From Octopus sinensis (lineage: Eukaryota), in contig NC_043003.1 of the NCBI RefSeq assembly GCF_006345805.1, forward strand, positions 104,346,001-104,410,000: a stretch of 64,000 bases of DNA. Direction: 5' to 3'. The translations under genes and the position numbers were made by a program. The notes beneath the pieces are model-generated. The model was given only the letters and a program-made list of their open reading frames with translations. It did no database searches and was not told where the DNA came from. Below, one piece after another: positions 1-14,796 of the stretch (positions are counted from its first letter, which is position 1; each line of letters opens with the position of its first letter).

Positions 1-429
1 ATTTCACTCAAATCACCATTAATTTGGCAACGCCCTGTATTTACTTATCCTACAAAAAAAGGGGAAGGAACACATGGTGGAGTGGGGACTAATTGCGGGT
101 GGTGAGCATAGCTTCTGGAAGTAGTCAAGGGGTCAAACTCAAATGGCTGTGAGTCACAACAGCAGTTTTTTTTTTTTTTTTGTATGAACATTTTGCATTC
201 TATAGTCCAGACATGGATGACATAGAAAGCAGACACGGTGCCGGACCATGCTGGGTTGTGCAGGATTGGAAACGGGAAACATCAACAGGGCACTTCTGGA
301 GAATGGATGAATGGGTTTGTGGTGCCCTTACCCAGCCACACATGCACATGACCCCCATGGTATGCAGGATGGTAACATGAGGCATCAACAAAAATTTTAA
401 TGTTCTTCTCATTTCCTCTGCAAAATTGG

Positions 430-868
430 ACAAAAAGGTTTTAAAATGAAATATTATACACTACTTATAATGCATAAGTAGTGTCAATATATTACCGTCG
501 GAAAATGGCCTAAAACAAAGATAAAACCCAGTGCAGTATACTCAAATCTGATTAATCTGTATTTTGGCACATAGTTTTTTTAGTCAACAGCAATTTGAAG
601 AGCCTGATTAATGTTTGTTGCAAATTTGGAGGAAAGGAACTGGATACTCTTCAAGTTACAGGCCTTAACACTGAAATTCTTAAAAATGCAGTTTATCTGC
701 CCCTGGACCTGTATTAGGCAAGAAGTTGAAAATTTTTGGGGCCCATCACACTCCATGGACCCTATGTAATGCATATGTAAAATTTCATTAAATTTTGTTG
801 GGTGGATCTTGAATTTTAACAACCTAACAAACACACAGATACGCATCCTATATTTTATATATAGATTA
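430..868 (-). mobile_element. Possible non-autonomous Helitron-like 5' portion
   Basis: Minus strand begins TCTATATATAAAAT...TGTGTGTTTG, a pattern common at such 5' ends. No 3' hairpin or CTAG end was found. Confidence 0.35.
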
Positions 869-1139
869 CTGCCTGGAAGAAACTAAAAGGAAGCGTAATC
901 TAACAAGAAAAGAAGTTTTTTTACTTAATGATGAAAAATTTTGTAATTGTTTATTTCTTCAAGGTTTTGTTCTGTTTCATTTTCCAGGGCCTGGTTTACT
1001 CTTTTACTTGTTTCAGTCATTTGACTGCGGCCATGCTGGAGCACCACCTTTAGTTGAGCAAATTAACTTCAGTGCTTATTCTTTGTAAGCCTAGTACTTA
1101 TTCTATCGGTCCCTTTTGCCGGACCGCACCATCATCGGT

Positions 1140-2053
1140 TCACAGCAGTCATTGAAACCAGGGACTTTCCTGGGTATTGGATCTTGATAGCCTTTCTTAA
1201 CTGGCTCAGCAAGTTGGTATAGTACTCTCTGTGGATGGTGTGACCCTTTTGAAGCTAGTCAATAAGCGCAATGCCTTTTGCATCCCAAAAAGTTGGGGCC
1301 ATCACTTTTCCTGCAAATGAAATGACCATGACCTTCTTTGGAGCAGGTGAGGAAGGGTATTTCCATTGCATGCATTGCTTCTTTGTCTCTGGATAAAAGT
1401 GATGAACCCAGCACTCATCCTGGATTAGGAAACGTTCGAGGAACCCAGCTGGATCTGCCTCAAGCAGTTTCAGATTTTCCTGTGATGTGATCATCCTGGT
1501 GTGTTTTTGATCAGGTTTCAGAAGACATGGCACTGACTAAACATTCCAAGTTCATTATGCAGAATATTGTCAACTCTCTCATGGAATATGCTAATAGCAT
1601 AGGTTATTTGATTTATAGTTGTTTGATATCCATCACCAAATGGTGAACATGGTCTGTTATTCTTGGTTGTAGCAGTTGCAGGATATCCACATGCTGGATC
1701 ATCTTCAAGACATTCCATTGCCCTCTTAAATTCACCTGCCCACTTTTGCCCTGTTGATAAAGCCGGAGCATCATCTTCTAATGTAGCAACCATGTCAGCA
1801 TAAATGTCCTTAGGCGCTAAAGCCTTTTTCTGCAGGTACTTGATAACACCATGATGCCAGATTTTGTTCAGCTTCAAGAGAAATTGTGAATACTTATTTT
1901 TGAAGTCCCCTTTGAACAGTCAGATGTCAGTTTCTCCGGAAAGAAACAATGCAGTTATTAAATAAGGAGATTTGAAATGATCATGTGCAAGCTTTCACAG
2001 CTCTAACATGACTCCTTCATAGATAGACTATGAACTTTTTTCAGCCCATCCTG
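1140..2053 (-). mobile_element. Degenerate mariner, 3'-truncated
   Basis: Broken transposase frames (KLNKIWHHGVIKYLQKK...; LIQDECWVHHFYPETKKQCMQW). 5' TIR CAGGATGGGCTGAAAAAAGTTCATAG next to TA at 2054-55. Confidence 0.85.
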
Positions 2054-3247
2054 TACTGAAGCTGGTGAAATTGACTTACACCCTTGCTCTCAAATGTGTG
2101 ACCTATGGTGATATATGTTTACCAGTACTCCAGCAATTTGCTCTCCAGGTCATTTTGTATCAACTTAGCCTTTCAAAAGCAATGTTCTAGGTGTTTAAAA
2201 AAATTTTTTTAAGCTGTTCTGGTCAAATATATGTAGTTTCATTTAACACTTTAGTCAGCATATTTCTGCTGAAATACACTGCATTTGAAAATGAGAAAGA
2301 ACTTAGTTAAATAACTCTAATTATTCAACTGATGTTTGGAACAGAAGTTGACATGGAATGTTGATGGAAGGTTTTCATTTAGATCACTTTAAAACAAGGA
2401 GTTTACATCATAGGACCAGCAGCAGTCTCAGGCTGATTGGTATCAAAAGGGTTAAATGAAATATCTTAATTAAAGATGATTACATACAAAGAAGATAATT
2501 CTATAGTGAGAAATAACTTGACCCTTACCTTTTACTTGTGTCAGTCCTTAGACTATGGCCATGCTGGGGCACCACCTTGGATAATTTTAGTTGAATGAAT
2601 TGACCCCAGTACTTATATTTTATTTAAGCCTGCTCCTTATTCTCTTGGTCTCTTTTGCTGAACCACTAAGTTACAGGGATGTAAATACACATTGATTATC
2701 AAGTGGTTGTGGGAGACAGACACAACGGCACATGCACACACATACACACGACAGGCTTCTTTCAGTTTCCATCTACCAAATGCACTCACAAAGTTCCAGA
2801 TGGCCCAAGGCTATAGTAGAAGACCATGGTGCTATGCAGTGGGATTGAACCCAGAGACATGAGGTTGGGAAGCAAGCTTCTTACCACAGAACCATGTCTT
2901 TGGTACAATATGTCTATCCATACCTTTAAGTATTTCTAACATTAAATATAATAGAAAATATTTCGTTTTTGGATTTGGTTTGCAAGATTCTTTATATGAG
3001 TTCGTGTGTTGAAGCATATTCTATTGTATCTGGGAAGAGTCATTTTCTTTTTCTGTCTTATTATGTAACACACTCTCTGGTAAAATTTAGGACAATAAAA
3101 ATAAGAAAAACATGGAAATTTTACCAGTGAGTGTGTTAAATAATAAGGCACAAAAAGAAAATGACTCTTCCCAGACACAATATAATAGAAAATATATTAC
3201 AAAACTCGTTAACTTTATCTAAATCACTAAATGTCTTTGTATTTCAG

Positions 3248-3330
3248 GTCACTCGCTATTGGGACAAAAACAGGGTACAGACTTTTCTCATTAGCCCAGA
3301 TCGACCGCTTGGATCAAATCTATGAACATG
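3248..3330 (+). CDS. WIPI2: WIPI2/ATG18-family PROPPIN, first coding exon in the window (gene is 5'-partial)
   Basis: tttcag|G acceptor and G|gtaag donor. Encodes SLAIGTKTGYRLFSLAQIDRLDQIYEH, matching human WIPI2 [27 protein letters not shown] (recalled). Phase 2 in, phase 1 out. Confidence 0.93.
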
Positions 3331-6300
3331 GTAAGCTATTTTATATTTACTTTTTTATCTCTTTATTTTTTTATATATACTTATTTCTTTACTACCCACA
3401 AGGGAATAAACACAGAAGGGACAAACAAGGACAGACACATGGATTAAGTCAATTACATTGACCCCAGTGCGTAACTGGTACTTAATTTATCGACCCCGAA
3501 AGGATGAAACGCAAAGTTGACCTCGGCAGAATTTGAACTCAGAACGTAACGGCAGATGAAATACTGCTAAGCATTTCATTCGGTGTGCTAACGATTCTGC
3601 CAGCTCGCCGTCATTTTTTATATATACTAACCTGGATAAAATGTTACCAGCTTATACAATTCCATTACAATTTCACATACATTAACGTTTTGTGTCTCAA
3701 ACATAATTACTTCATTATGTCTATAAACATCTATATATGCATTGGCATACTTAATTCATCTCCTGATTTGACACTTCCATGTAGGGTCTTGGGACATTTA
3801 GCTGAGTCCTTACTGTTACAAGCATTTAGACCAAGTTTCCAATCTGCAGATAACTCCCTTGCATCAGTTATAGCAGCCCAGAAGACGATCATTTGATGAG
3901 TAAGCCATTAAAAACGTGTGTGTGTGTGTGACAAATAAATGTATGCATAGATACACATGCATAGTGTATTTTGTATGTACAAATGGATGTACAACAGATA
4001 TTGTTATGTTTAGAGCTACACAAAGATATTATCATTGTCCAGTCTGCTTCCAGTCGAGTGGTTAAGCGACTGCTACACTTAGTAGTATTACTAGTTATGA
4101 AGTACAGAGCAAATGTTGCTCTTTGTTGTACTATGTTAGCATAATGCAGTAAAGTGTTCCCTAATGATTCCTTCTAGTTAAACATTCCAAGTATGCTTGA
4201 AGTACGTCCACAATAGATACAGAGGAATTAATAATAGAAACTTGTGTTTATCATAAATTTTTGTCATCATCATCATCATTATCATCGTTTAGCGTCCGTT
4301 TTCCACGCTAGCATGGGTTAGATGGTTCGACTGGGGTCTAGAAGCCATGGAGGCTGCACCAGGCTCTAGTCTGATTTCACAGTGTTTCTACAGCATGATG
4401 CTCTTCCTAACACCAACCACTCCGTGAGTGTAGTGGGTGTTTTTTACAGGGGCCAGAGCAGGCTGGCAAACAGCCACATTCGGACGGTGCTTTTTACGTG
4501 TCACCGGTATGGGTGTCTTAACTGCAATTTCCATTTGAATTTTTATTTTGATGTTGATGTACTTGACTCAACAGGTCTCCTGAAGAACAGCGGGTCACTC
4601 TACAATCCAAGGTTAGCACAGCAGGCCATCCTGTGAGCCATGAACTCACTTCATTTGTTGGGTCTTCGAAGTCACAGCATATCTCCAGAGGTCTTGGTCT
4701 TTCGTCATAGCCTCTGTGAGACTCAGAGTACGAAGGTCATGCTCAACCACCTCGTCCCATATCTTCCTGGGCCTACCTCTACCCCGGATTCCTTCAACAG
4801 TTTGGGAGTGGCACTTTTGTGTGTGTATATATATATATTTTACTTCTTTCAGTTATTAGACTGTGGCCATGCTGGGGCACCACCTTGAAGAAGCTCAGTC
4901 AGACAAATCATTCTCATACACATAATTTTTTAAAGCCTGGTACTTATTGTATCAGTGTCTTTTGTCAAGCTGCTAAGTTAACAGGGATGTAAACACACCA
5001 ACACCAGCTGTCAAGTGGAAGTGGGGATGGGAGGATTAGCACATGCACAAAGACACACATTTTGTCAATCTACTTGGTATATACAATGTGGCGGCAGCGG
5101 CTGTTGTTGTTTTCATTTTCCATCATAGAAACATCGCTGAAGCGGCTTTGTGCATTCATTGTAGAATTGTTGCCAATTTTGTCAGTTTGCTAATGCATTC
5201 ACTATGCATATTGCATCACACACATATGATTCTATCTATTTAATGAGTCTATATATTGACCCTCACCTCTGAAGAAGACCTTAAGATGTAAATAGAACTG
5301 CAAGTGCCTGTTTAAGATAGCAAAGAAGAGATTCTTGCGCAACCAGTTTTAGAAACAGATATCTTATCTAATAGCCTAACTTATACTTTGGAAATTTCAG
5401 AAAACAATCTAAATTTAGAATGATACATTAATGTTATAAAACAAGTAATGGTAACGCAGAATTTTTATCGAGAAGAATTACAAGTCTCTAAGAAGAAGGC
5501 AAAGTGATGATGATACATATTTGGTACATCATCATTTTAATAACCACTTTTCCATGCTAGCATGGGTCAAACGGAGTTTATTGAGACGGATTTTCTATGG
5601 CCCAGTTCCTTTTCTGTTGCCAACCCTCATCTGTTCACTAGCAGTGTAATATTTTCCCAAGGCCAGAGATGTTTTTGCAGAATACTGGAAATGAACAGCA
5701 CAGTTTGTATGATGGTGACACTCAGCTATGACTATCGTGTAATGTATTTTCTTGTTAAGACAAGGAAAAATAACTCCCCCCCACTTTCTGTTTCTCTCTC
5801 TTCCCCCCCCCCCCCCGCATCATCCTTATCATTTAACATTTGTTTTCCATACTGGTATGGGTTGGATGATTTGACAGGATCCAGTGAGCCGCAGGGCTGC
5901 ATCGTGCTTCATGTCAGCTTTTTCTATAGCTGAATGCCCTTCCCAATGCCAGCCGCTTCACAATGTGTAGCTGGTGCTTTTTTTCTTGCTACCAGCTCCA
6001 GTGGGATTGCCAAGTAACTTGCAAGACGGGAAAGAACAAGAGAAGGGAAAAGCTTCCTTGACTAAGTGCGGGAGTATTTTAGAGGGCAGAGAGGAGAATT
6101 TATATCAGGGACAAGCAGAGGTGTTTTGCTATAGAGAAGAGACATGGCTACCCTGAAATAACATAAGGGCAAGTGGAAGTAATACTTATTTATTCACATT
6201 GTTTTAAATTAACTGTGCATTATCTTGTAGCTTCAAGTTTTCAGTGATGTAATTCTTTATATTTAGAATGACATTGTTAGGCAGGTGTAAGAGGCCAGAT

Positions 6301-6503
6301 CTGGTTGATTTTATATAAAACAGATAGAATATTTGAGCCTGACATGGCTGGTTTAAATACTAAATGATTAATGTCCACCTTCCATGCTGACCTGGGTTGG
6401 ATGGTTTGACAGGATCTAACAATCCAGAGCACTGCATTAAGCTCCAAAGTCTGATTTGGTATAGTTTCTACGACTGGATGCCCTACCTAACACCAACCAC
6501 TTT

Positions 6504-6888
6504 GGAAGCACTCCGTCGGTTACGACAACAAGGGTTCCGGTTGATCCGAATCAACGGAACAGCCTGCTCGTGAAATTAACGTGTAAGTGGCTGAGCACTC
6601 CATAGACACGTGTACTCTTAACGTAGTTCTCGGGGATATTCAGCGTGACACAGAGAGTGACAAGGCCGGCCCTTTGAAATACAGGTACAACAGAAACAGG
6701 AAGTAAGAGTGAGAGAAAGTTGTGGTGAAAGAGTACAGCAGGGTTCACCACCATCCCCTGCCGGAGCCTCGTGGAGCTTTAGGTGTTTTCGCTCAATAAA
6801 CACTTACAACGCCCGGTCTGGGAATCGAAACCGCAATCCTATGACCGCGAGTCCGCTGCCCTAACCACTGGGCCATTGCGCCTCCACT
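6504..6888 (-). mobile_element. tRNA-derived SINE family E, 11-bp TSD, nested in an RTE tail fragment
   Basis: TSD CCAACCACTTT at 6493-6503 and 6889-6899. Head GGCGCAATGGCCCAGTGGTTAGGG...GGTTTCGATTCCC. Confidence 0.88.
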
Positions 6889-7462
6889 CCAACCACTTTA
6901 CTGTGTGTGTGTATGTATGTGATTTCATTGTAGCAAAGAAGCTACATCAGTGATTTAAGGGCTAAGAATGCTTTAAGGCTTAAGAATGCTTTTAAGGGCT
7001 TAAGTATGCTTACACAAAACTCTTGGCCTTTGAGTTAATTATGTAGTTTCTTAGTTTTTATAAAATAACACAAGCAAACTTTTCTATGTATCAAGTTATA
7101 TTTCTCTTGTATAAACGCACAGGGCATATTTATCTATCTAACTAGACTCATACACATACATACATAACTACATTATAATATATAAATACACATTTTAATT
7201 AATAGATATTCATGTGCATGGAAACCTGACACTTCATGACAAATGGATATTTTAGTCACATAGAAGGTTATACAAAACCGAAATACAAAAGTTAATATAT
7301 ATGTCAATGTTTTCCTATTATTCTTGTTGAAATGCATCTAAAGCTATTTAGACAGCCATAATACAGAAGTGCAGGCAGGCGTGAGTGTGTAAATTTCTCT
7401 TCTGGTAGTATTGCTTCCTTTAACAGTTATATATTGTGTGTATGCTCTCTCTATTCACTATG

Positions 7463-7616
7463 TTTCTTTATTACCCACAAGGGGCTAAACATAGAAGAGA
7501 CAAACAAGGACAGACAAACGGATTAAGTCGATTACATCGATCCCAGTGCGTAACTGGTACTTAATTTATCGACCTCGAAGGGATGAAAGGCAAAGTCGAC
7601 CTCGGCGGAATTTGAA
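7463..7616 (-). mobile_element. SINE family B, 5'-truncated, 16-bp TSD
   Basis: TSD CTCTCTATTCACTATG at 7447-7462 and 7617-7632. Confidence 0.9.
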
Positions 7617-8241
7617 CTCTCTATTCACTATGCAAACACTGATCACATGAATGATGTCCTTGCTTCCTCCCTTCTGTTTCTCTCTCTCTCTCTCTCTCTC
7701 CCCCACAAGAAAATTCTTTTAGGCAGTAATAATCTATATTCAACTCTAGTAATTTGTGAATGAGGCATATTATTCCCCAGTTTTCAGGAGAGTCACACTG
7801 ATCTAATGTACTAAGTTGAAACTTAAAGAATTATTTATTACCTCTATTGCTTTTATTCTTCATGGGGAGCTCCACATTCTACAGTGAAGGACATGTGTCT
7901 AGGAATTTAGTATCTTGAAATAAAGCTGATGCAGTGCAGAGGGCAGAGTTAATCCTAACAAACAACTTCTCCTGTGTGGTTGGCTCAATAAAATACTCTC
8001 ACCACACGCTGCTCAGTGGTTGGTGATAGAAAAGCCAAACAGTTGTAAAAATAAAGAAATACACCAAAAACATGTCAATTACAGTATAAATACAATGCAC
8101 ACCTTAATTGCATATGTAGGACTAACAGTTTGCATTTTAATGCTGTGCAGATAACAGGGTGATCAGGTAAGAACATCTAGTTATGTGTGACAACCTCAAC
8201 CATATTCAAATGATTGCACCATCTTCTTTTCAAATGCATAA

Positions 8242-8830
8242 CATCATCATCATCATCATCGTTCGCTTTCCATGCTGGCATGGGTTGGGTGTATGACTGA
8301 GGGCTGGCGAACCAGATGGCTGCACCAGGCTTCAATCTTGATCTGACAGAGTTTCTACTGCTGGATGCCCTTCCTAACGCCAAACACTCCGAGAGTGTAG
8401 TGGGTGCTTTTACGTACCACCAGCAAGGGGCCAGTCAGGTGGCACTGGCAATGACCTCACTTGAATCTTTTACACATGCCACCGGCACAGGTGCCAGTAT
8501 GGCGATGCTGGTAACGATCACGCTTGAAAGGTGCCATCTGGCTGCACCAGGCTCCAATCTTGATTTGGCAGAGTTTCTACAACTGGATGCCCTTCCTAAT
8601 GCCAACCACTCCGAGAGTGTAGTGGGTGCTTTTTATGTGCCACCGGCACGGGGGGCCAGTCAGGCGGTACTGGCAACGACCTTGCTCGAATCTTTTTACA
8701 CGTGCCACCGGCACAGGTGCCAGTGAAGCAACGTTGGTAACGATCACGCTTGAATGGTGCCCTTTTACGTGCCACCAACACGGAAGCCAGTTGGCTGCTC
8801 TGGCAACGATCACGCTCGGATGGTGCTCTT
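8242..8830 (-). mobile_element. RTE 3' UTR repeat with an internal tandem duplication
   Basis: (GAT)n tail on -. The CTGCACCAGGCT...GGATGCCCTTCCTAA...GTGCCAGT block occurs twice (about 8320-8530 and 8540-8750). Confidence 0.85.
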
Positions 8831-11441
8831 GGAATCTGACTGTAGTAAAGTTGCCCCAATGAAATTCTGTCCAACTTATAGAAAAATGGATTTTGAAACA
8901 ATGATGCTGATGATGGTGTGTGCGTGTGTGTGTGTAATATTTCATAATTGAAATTGTGTCACTTGTACACTATGGACTTCATTGTCATTTATATATTAAT
9001 CACAATATAAATAAATAATAACCCCCCCTCTCTCTCATCCACACTTGCCTCCATTGGTTTCTTCTAACACCTCTTTTCTCTCCTCTCTCCAATCCTATCT
9101 CTTGTGTAAGAGGTAAATTTAAAAAAAGCATTGCTCTATCAAATATAATGTTTTTATTGTTTCGTTTCATGATGGCTTCAGAGGAATGTGAATGTATGTT
9201 TATGTTGTACTATTTACAACTATTTATGCCACTCATTCATGTGATGAAACTAGTTGTTTGACCTCTCTTGATCAAATGTGTCCATCAATGGTTATTCAAC
9301 TGTGTATTTCTCATGGGGAAATGGGGATTTCTTTGATGTTTATATCCTTAGCCAGAGCCAGGATTTGACCCTGGATCACAGACTCTAACAGACGAAGCTT
9401 TAACACTTGTGCTACAGAACTTGTTTGCCCCAGCATGGTCACAGTCTAATGACTTGAAACAAGTATAAAATAAAAGATATATCATCATCATCATCATCGT
9501 TTAACGTCTGCCTTCCATGCTGGCATGGGTCGGACTATTTATAGTCAAACAAATTGATTCCAGTACTTCTCGAAATTGCTGGCCTTGTGTCAAAATTAAA
9601 AAGGATTATTATTAATCAATCAATTAATTAATTAATCAATCAATTAAGGTGGCGAGCTGGCAGAATCATTATATATCAGACAAGATACTCTTAGGCATTT
9701 TGTCCATCTCTGTGTTCTGAGTTCAAATTCATCTTCTCGGGGTTGATTAAAAAAAGGACCCTTTGAACACTGGAATCAATATAATTGACTGGTTCTCCTC
9801 ACTTAAAAATCTCAGGTTTTGTGGCTGTTGTAGAAAGGATTATTATTATTATTAAATGGAACTGGCTCTTATGAATAACCAAAGATGACTGAACTGGTAG
9901 AGAAGCAGTCAGTCAGTTGATGGCTCAGTAGTTTATACCCTGTTACAGTATATGTTGTCTTTGGACAGAACACCTAAGTATTAATTATCTCAAGTTTGGT
10001 TAACTAAATACAAGTAGCACAGAATAAGAAAAGTTCACTGCAGTAAACAACAGTAGTACCAGTAGCAGCATTGCAGCATTGAGAAGTTTTTCACAGATTC
10101 TGCAGTCTTGGATTCATTTCCTCCTACAGGAAAAGCTCCATCCTAGATGAAGGAAGATCTATTTTTGTTCCGCTCAATGGCTTGTAAACTAGAAATAAGC
10201 ACTACATCAATGGAGCAATGAAGATCTGTAAGAAAACATGCAATATCTATGTAATAATAGCTGGTTTAAATGTTGGTTGATTGGTTGGTTTCTATAGAAA
10301 AAACGGGGAGGAGAGATACAGAGAGTTAATGTAAGAGGTGCAGAATAATTGGGGAGAAAGAGCCATAGCAGAGGAAGAGCAGATATAGGAAGAGATATAC
10401 AAGTGAGAAATTTATTTTAAATTTTATTTTAAGCTAATAAATATTATTCTTATGAAAAACTAATAATCATTTTTATCATTTTGTATAAGCACCAAGAAAT
10501 TTCATAAAAGTTGAATTACAATTATTGTATGTAATATATAGTGACAAAAACTTCCAAAGTTACTTGTCATATGACAGCACTCTTTATCATGATTTTGTAA
10601 TTACTTGAAACCTTGACATTTCACTATGTAAATAGAATGGTAAGAAAAGCTACTTAGCATTGCAAAACTGGAGAAGGGTTCATTGTTTCTTTCAATATTT
10701 TGTTTCAAATAAGTTTTAATCTTCAACTGGAATATTCGCAATTTTAAGTACACTGTTTAAATGGCACCCATCCTTGTGATATGCACAGAGATGACTATAA
10801 AGTAAGGTCATATGTGTTGTAATATTCAAATTATGCTATGAACTGTTGACAGTCAAGAGGGTCTGTTTTTAATCACTGTGGCTCCAGAAATATTATTTCT
10901 TTAATATATAGCTTATTGACTCTTTTATAGTCTTTGACAGAAAATCATAACTTCTTTATTCTGGTACCTTCTGAATTGCTTTTCAACTGATGAGCTATCG
11001 TCACATGATCTTTCATGTAACAGGCAGATGATGCTATCCATGTGACATTTTATACATATGATACAGATACACTATTTAGGCTCTAAAACATTTATCAGCA
11101 TTTTCCATCAGGCAGTTTACAAGTGTGCAAATTCTTTCATGATTAGAAGCTCATTTTATTGGGTACATATAGTGTAGAAAAGGGTCCAAAAGGTCATGTA
11201 TGTTCAGACCCTTTTCCAATTGTATGCATGACAGATTCATTTAAGTGAGAGATCCTTTAAGAGCAGGTGCTTTATGAAGGCCCCTCCCCCGTTCTCCTTT
11301 TTAATGTTCTAACAAAAGACTCTATCCATATCATCATAGTAATGCTGTTATTTACTTCTCATTTCAAATATTCCAGTTCACTGTTTTAAATTTATGATGG
11401 ACAAACAATTACAGTTGGCAGGAATTCATTTAGGTGAGATG

Positions 11442-11485
<44 letters not shown>

Positions 11486-12769
11486 CAGGATCAAACTATA
11501 TATTTACAGGTGTTTTAGAGACTCAATGAGTGATTGATGTTATTATTGCATATTATCCAGACAGGTGTACATGACGTCGTAATATCACACAGAGTAAATA
11601 AGCTATTTACCTTTCATCCTTCTGAAGAAAATGTCCAATGATTCCTGCATGAAGACACTCACATATCAAGTTTCATGCAATTTAATATTTTTGCTTATTT
11701 GCTTTGTATAATATTGCCTCATTTTGTATATTGACTTGCATAGTATGCATATTAACATCAACAGTTTGTCAAATCTTTGAAACAGCTGTAAAGATGCATT
11801 TTCATCTTGTAATATATAGTTACATCTCATACAAATGAATTACTGCCACCCTAACTGTTTGCCCATTTTTTCCTTTATTACTAGCTGAAGCTTTGTATTT
11901 CTTATAGCCAACTTTTGTTTTCTGGAATTACCATGTTCTGATTAAGAAGTTAGAATTTAAGAATTTGATCAGTCCAAGCAGTACTTATCTATTCTACACT
12001 TGCTTTAGCATCTTCTCACCCTTACGTATTCTACCAATCACTCCTCTTTATGCTTCCAGCTATCTCTCTCTCTTACAATTGCTAAAATAACAAGCATGTT
12101 CAATCCAGACTTGATTTTAAAAAATGGATATAAAAACTGAAACACCTCATAATTAACATCCTCACATACCTGCTTTTGTACACACATAGTTACCTATTTC
12201 TTTATTACCCACTAGGGGCCAAACACAGAGGGGATAAACAAGGACAGACATAGGTATTAAGTCGATTACATTGACCCCAGTGCGGAACTGGTACTTAATT
12301 TATCGACCCCGAAAGGATGAAAGGCAAAGTCAACCTTGGCGGAATTTGAACTCACAACGTAACGACAGACGAAATACCGCTAAGCATTTCATCCGGCTTG
12401 CTAATATATACCACTATATATCTCTTACCTCCATCTCTGTACATTTCTGTCTGTTTGTCTGTCTCTCTGTCTTTCTCTCTCCTACTCAACACATCATCTT
12501 ATTTTATGATCTATCTGCTGTTACTCTCCACCTGTCCTGTACTGCCACTTATCATTTCCTTCTTCCTGGGCCACCCCTATATCTTTCACTTTCCCCACTC
12601 TATTTCATAATTTACTCTTCATGATGATAATAACACAGAGAACAAGGAAGGCTTCTGAAAGCTGAAATATTGAATAAATTTATTTTTTTCTCAAACTCAG
12701 CATTGTGAAATGGCTTTTATAATCTTAATTATCGTCATTATTAGTTTTACATTAATTATGAAGTGGCTT

Positions 12770-13170
12770 TAATAACCTTCTTAAGTCTGTCTTCATTATT
12801 CAGTTTTTTACCCATTTTTTTAATGCAAGTCTGGGTTGTGTTATTTTAGCAATTTTCTTCACATCTCAACCCTTCACTGTGTCTTCCTTGAGATTTTTCT
12901 TGCATGGTCTGACTAATTCTCCAGCAGTCTTTCATCTGCTGTCTTCCTTACAGCATACCAGCAGTATGCAACCTGAGACAGAAACTTGGAAAAGAATTTC
13001 AACAGCCATACACTAAAGAACAACAAAAAATGTTTGGTACTCCAGTATAAGCCATATTCAAATAATGAGAATTAATTAACTAAATAATCTAATTAGCAGA
13101 AGTAGTTCAATAAGTCATAATTAATCTCTGCTAAATGAGAAAAATTAATGAGAAAGGAAAGTGAATTATG
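12770..13170 (-). mobile_element. Probable decayed Tc1-like 5' fragment
   Basis: Stop-riddled, lysine-rich frame resembling a Tc1 N-terminus. Weak. Confidence 0.35.
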
Positions 13171-13959
13171 TAGTGTTTGATCAAGACTTTTAACAGCTGC
13201 CTAACAGGCAGACATTTTATTTATAGAAGCTGTGGTAGAAAAACCTCTCATATTTTACACAAACATTGGTGTGATGCTAGGGAAGTTAAGCAGGTGGTAA
13301 TGGTGTCTTCATGTAGCTTAATGTTTTACCTTTTTTTCCTCATGTATACCATTATGATCTGGACTGGTGCACATCATGTGTTTGCTGTTAAAAACCTTAC
13401 CCAGAATGTTAAATCTGGGAGGGGTTTATTTTCCACACCCTGTAATTATATTTTCAAATGTAGACAAACATACTTTACATAAACTAGATTCCAGAAGCTG
13501 AAAGACTGCTTCATCCAGCAGATTTCTAAGAAAATAATTCAATTCATGTTTAGTTTTAAAAGATCTTATTCATTTTTTATTGAAGTATCTTCAAGAATTC
13601 ATATACATTTGTATGTATGTGTGTGCTCTTTTTCTTCTTTCTTTCATTGTGTCTAAGCTCAAACATAAATTCAGTCTAAATAAATTACATGCACTGCTGA
13701 TAAGCTATTTTCCACTTCACGAACTATGAAAACACACACCATTTAATGTACACAGTATAAAAATACAAGCTACTAATAGCTTCTTGCTTTTGGAGATGTG
13801 GAGTGAAGCACATCTTATGTCTCCAAGCAGTTCAGGCTCTGAGCACATGATTTATTTGGTTTTCAAAACTGAATACTGGTACAAAAGAAACCACAAGAAG
13901 AAGGTAGATGCAAAAAGTGGAAGAGTGAATGGAAAAGGAAAATCAAGGAACAAATTAGA

Positions 13960-14480
13960 GTTACATCCCCTTTGACCATAAAGCTGTAATCAAGCTAGTT
14001 GTTGTAAAATAATTCCATGGAGAAAGTTCCAAGGTCAGTGAGACAGCTACCCAATCTGAAGAGAGTGGTTTCCTCCAGTTTGCCAAAAGATATTTGTTCA
14101 TATGTTTCCTTTTGCTGAAAATTTCAAATCTGGAATTCAGTAGTGCAGTGGAATTTTCAGATCTAAAAAGAATATGTAATTTTTCAGCTCTGCATAAGTT
14201 GCATTTCTTAGATCCATTAATATATGGCATGGATTTCTCCTTTATGTGGTGTGCAGTTTGTCTTCAAATCACATACACGGCTAGCCAACTCAGTGGCTTT
14301 ACTTTTGTTGATGTGCCAGAAAGAAGTTAGGTGGTTTGCACATTGTCTTTTGAAATTACCTTTGCATAATCCAATGTAATTATACACGACTCAGTTACAC
14401 TGGGTTATACTAAGGCATTATGCAAATAACTTCTTCTTTCTGGCATATGACAAAAGTAAAGCAACTAAGTCATGTATGGA
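13960..14480 (-). mobile_element. Penelope-like element, GIY-YIG endonuclease C-terminal remnant
   Basis: PYINGSKKCNLCRAEKLHIL...LLNSRFEIFSKRKH matches the C-x-L-C-x-x-EK...LN-x-R-x-E...H terminus of Penelope-like ORFs. Confidence 0.75.
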
Positions 14481-14724
14481 GTTTGGAGACCAACTGCACA
14501 CTACAAATAATCAAGTAGAGAATCAGAGAGGAATCCATGTCATATGTTAATAGATTAAAGAAATGCAACTTATGCTTAGCTGAAAGATTTCACATTTTTA
14601 GATCTAAGAATTCCATCACACTATTGAATCCCAGATCCAAAATTTTCAGTAAATGTTGTGTACATTTATATCACACTAGATGGTGTACATTTTTTTGTTG
14701 ATCTTACCTAAATGGAGCAGTAAA

Positions 14725-14725
<1 letters not shown>

Positions 14726-14790
<65 letters not shown>
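14726..14790. repeat. (AC)n microsatellite
   Basis: Direct reading. Others: (TA)n at 11443-11482 and 29820-29900, (GT)n at 26553-26612. Confidence 0.97.

Positions 14791-14796
<6 letters not shown>

Noticed and set aside
1-3247. First coding exon of WIPI2 (expected ...ANFNQD...)
   Set aside because: No matching sequence was found; it probably lies upstream of the window.
5255-5380. CTGAAGAAGACC...GAAAC as a further hammerhead
   Set aside because: No convincing stem I or stem II pairing could be built. Similar decayed hints near 37520 and 38230 also failed.
8316-8951. Cluster of overlapping 65-136 aa ORFs suggesting a repeat protein
   Set aside because: They lie within the RTE 3' UTR repeat; the same pseudo-peptides recur at 29.4, 35.1, 53.3, 56.4 and 60.9 kb.
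10180-10620. Segmental duplication with about 52370-52810
   Set aside because: Similarity is patchy and low, more consistent with an old dispersed repeat.
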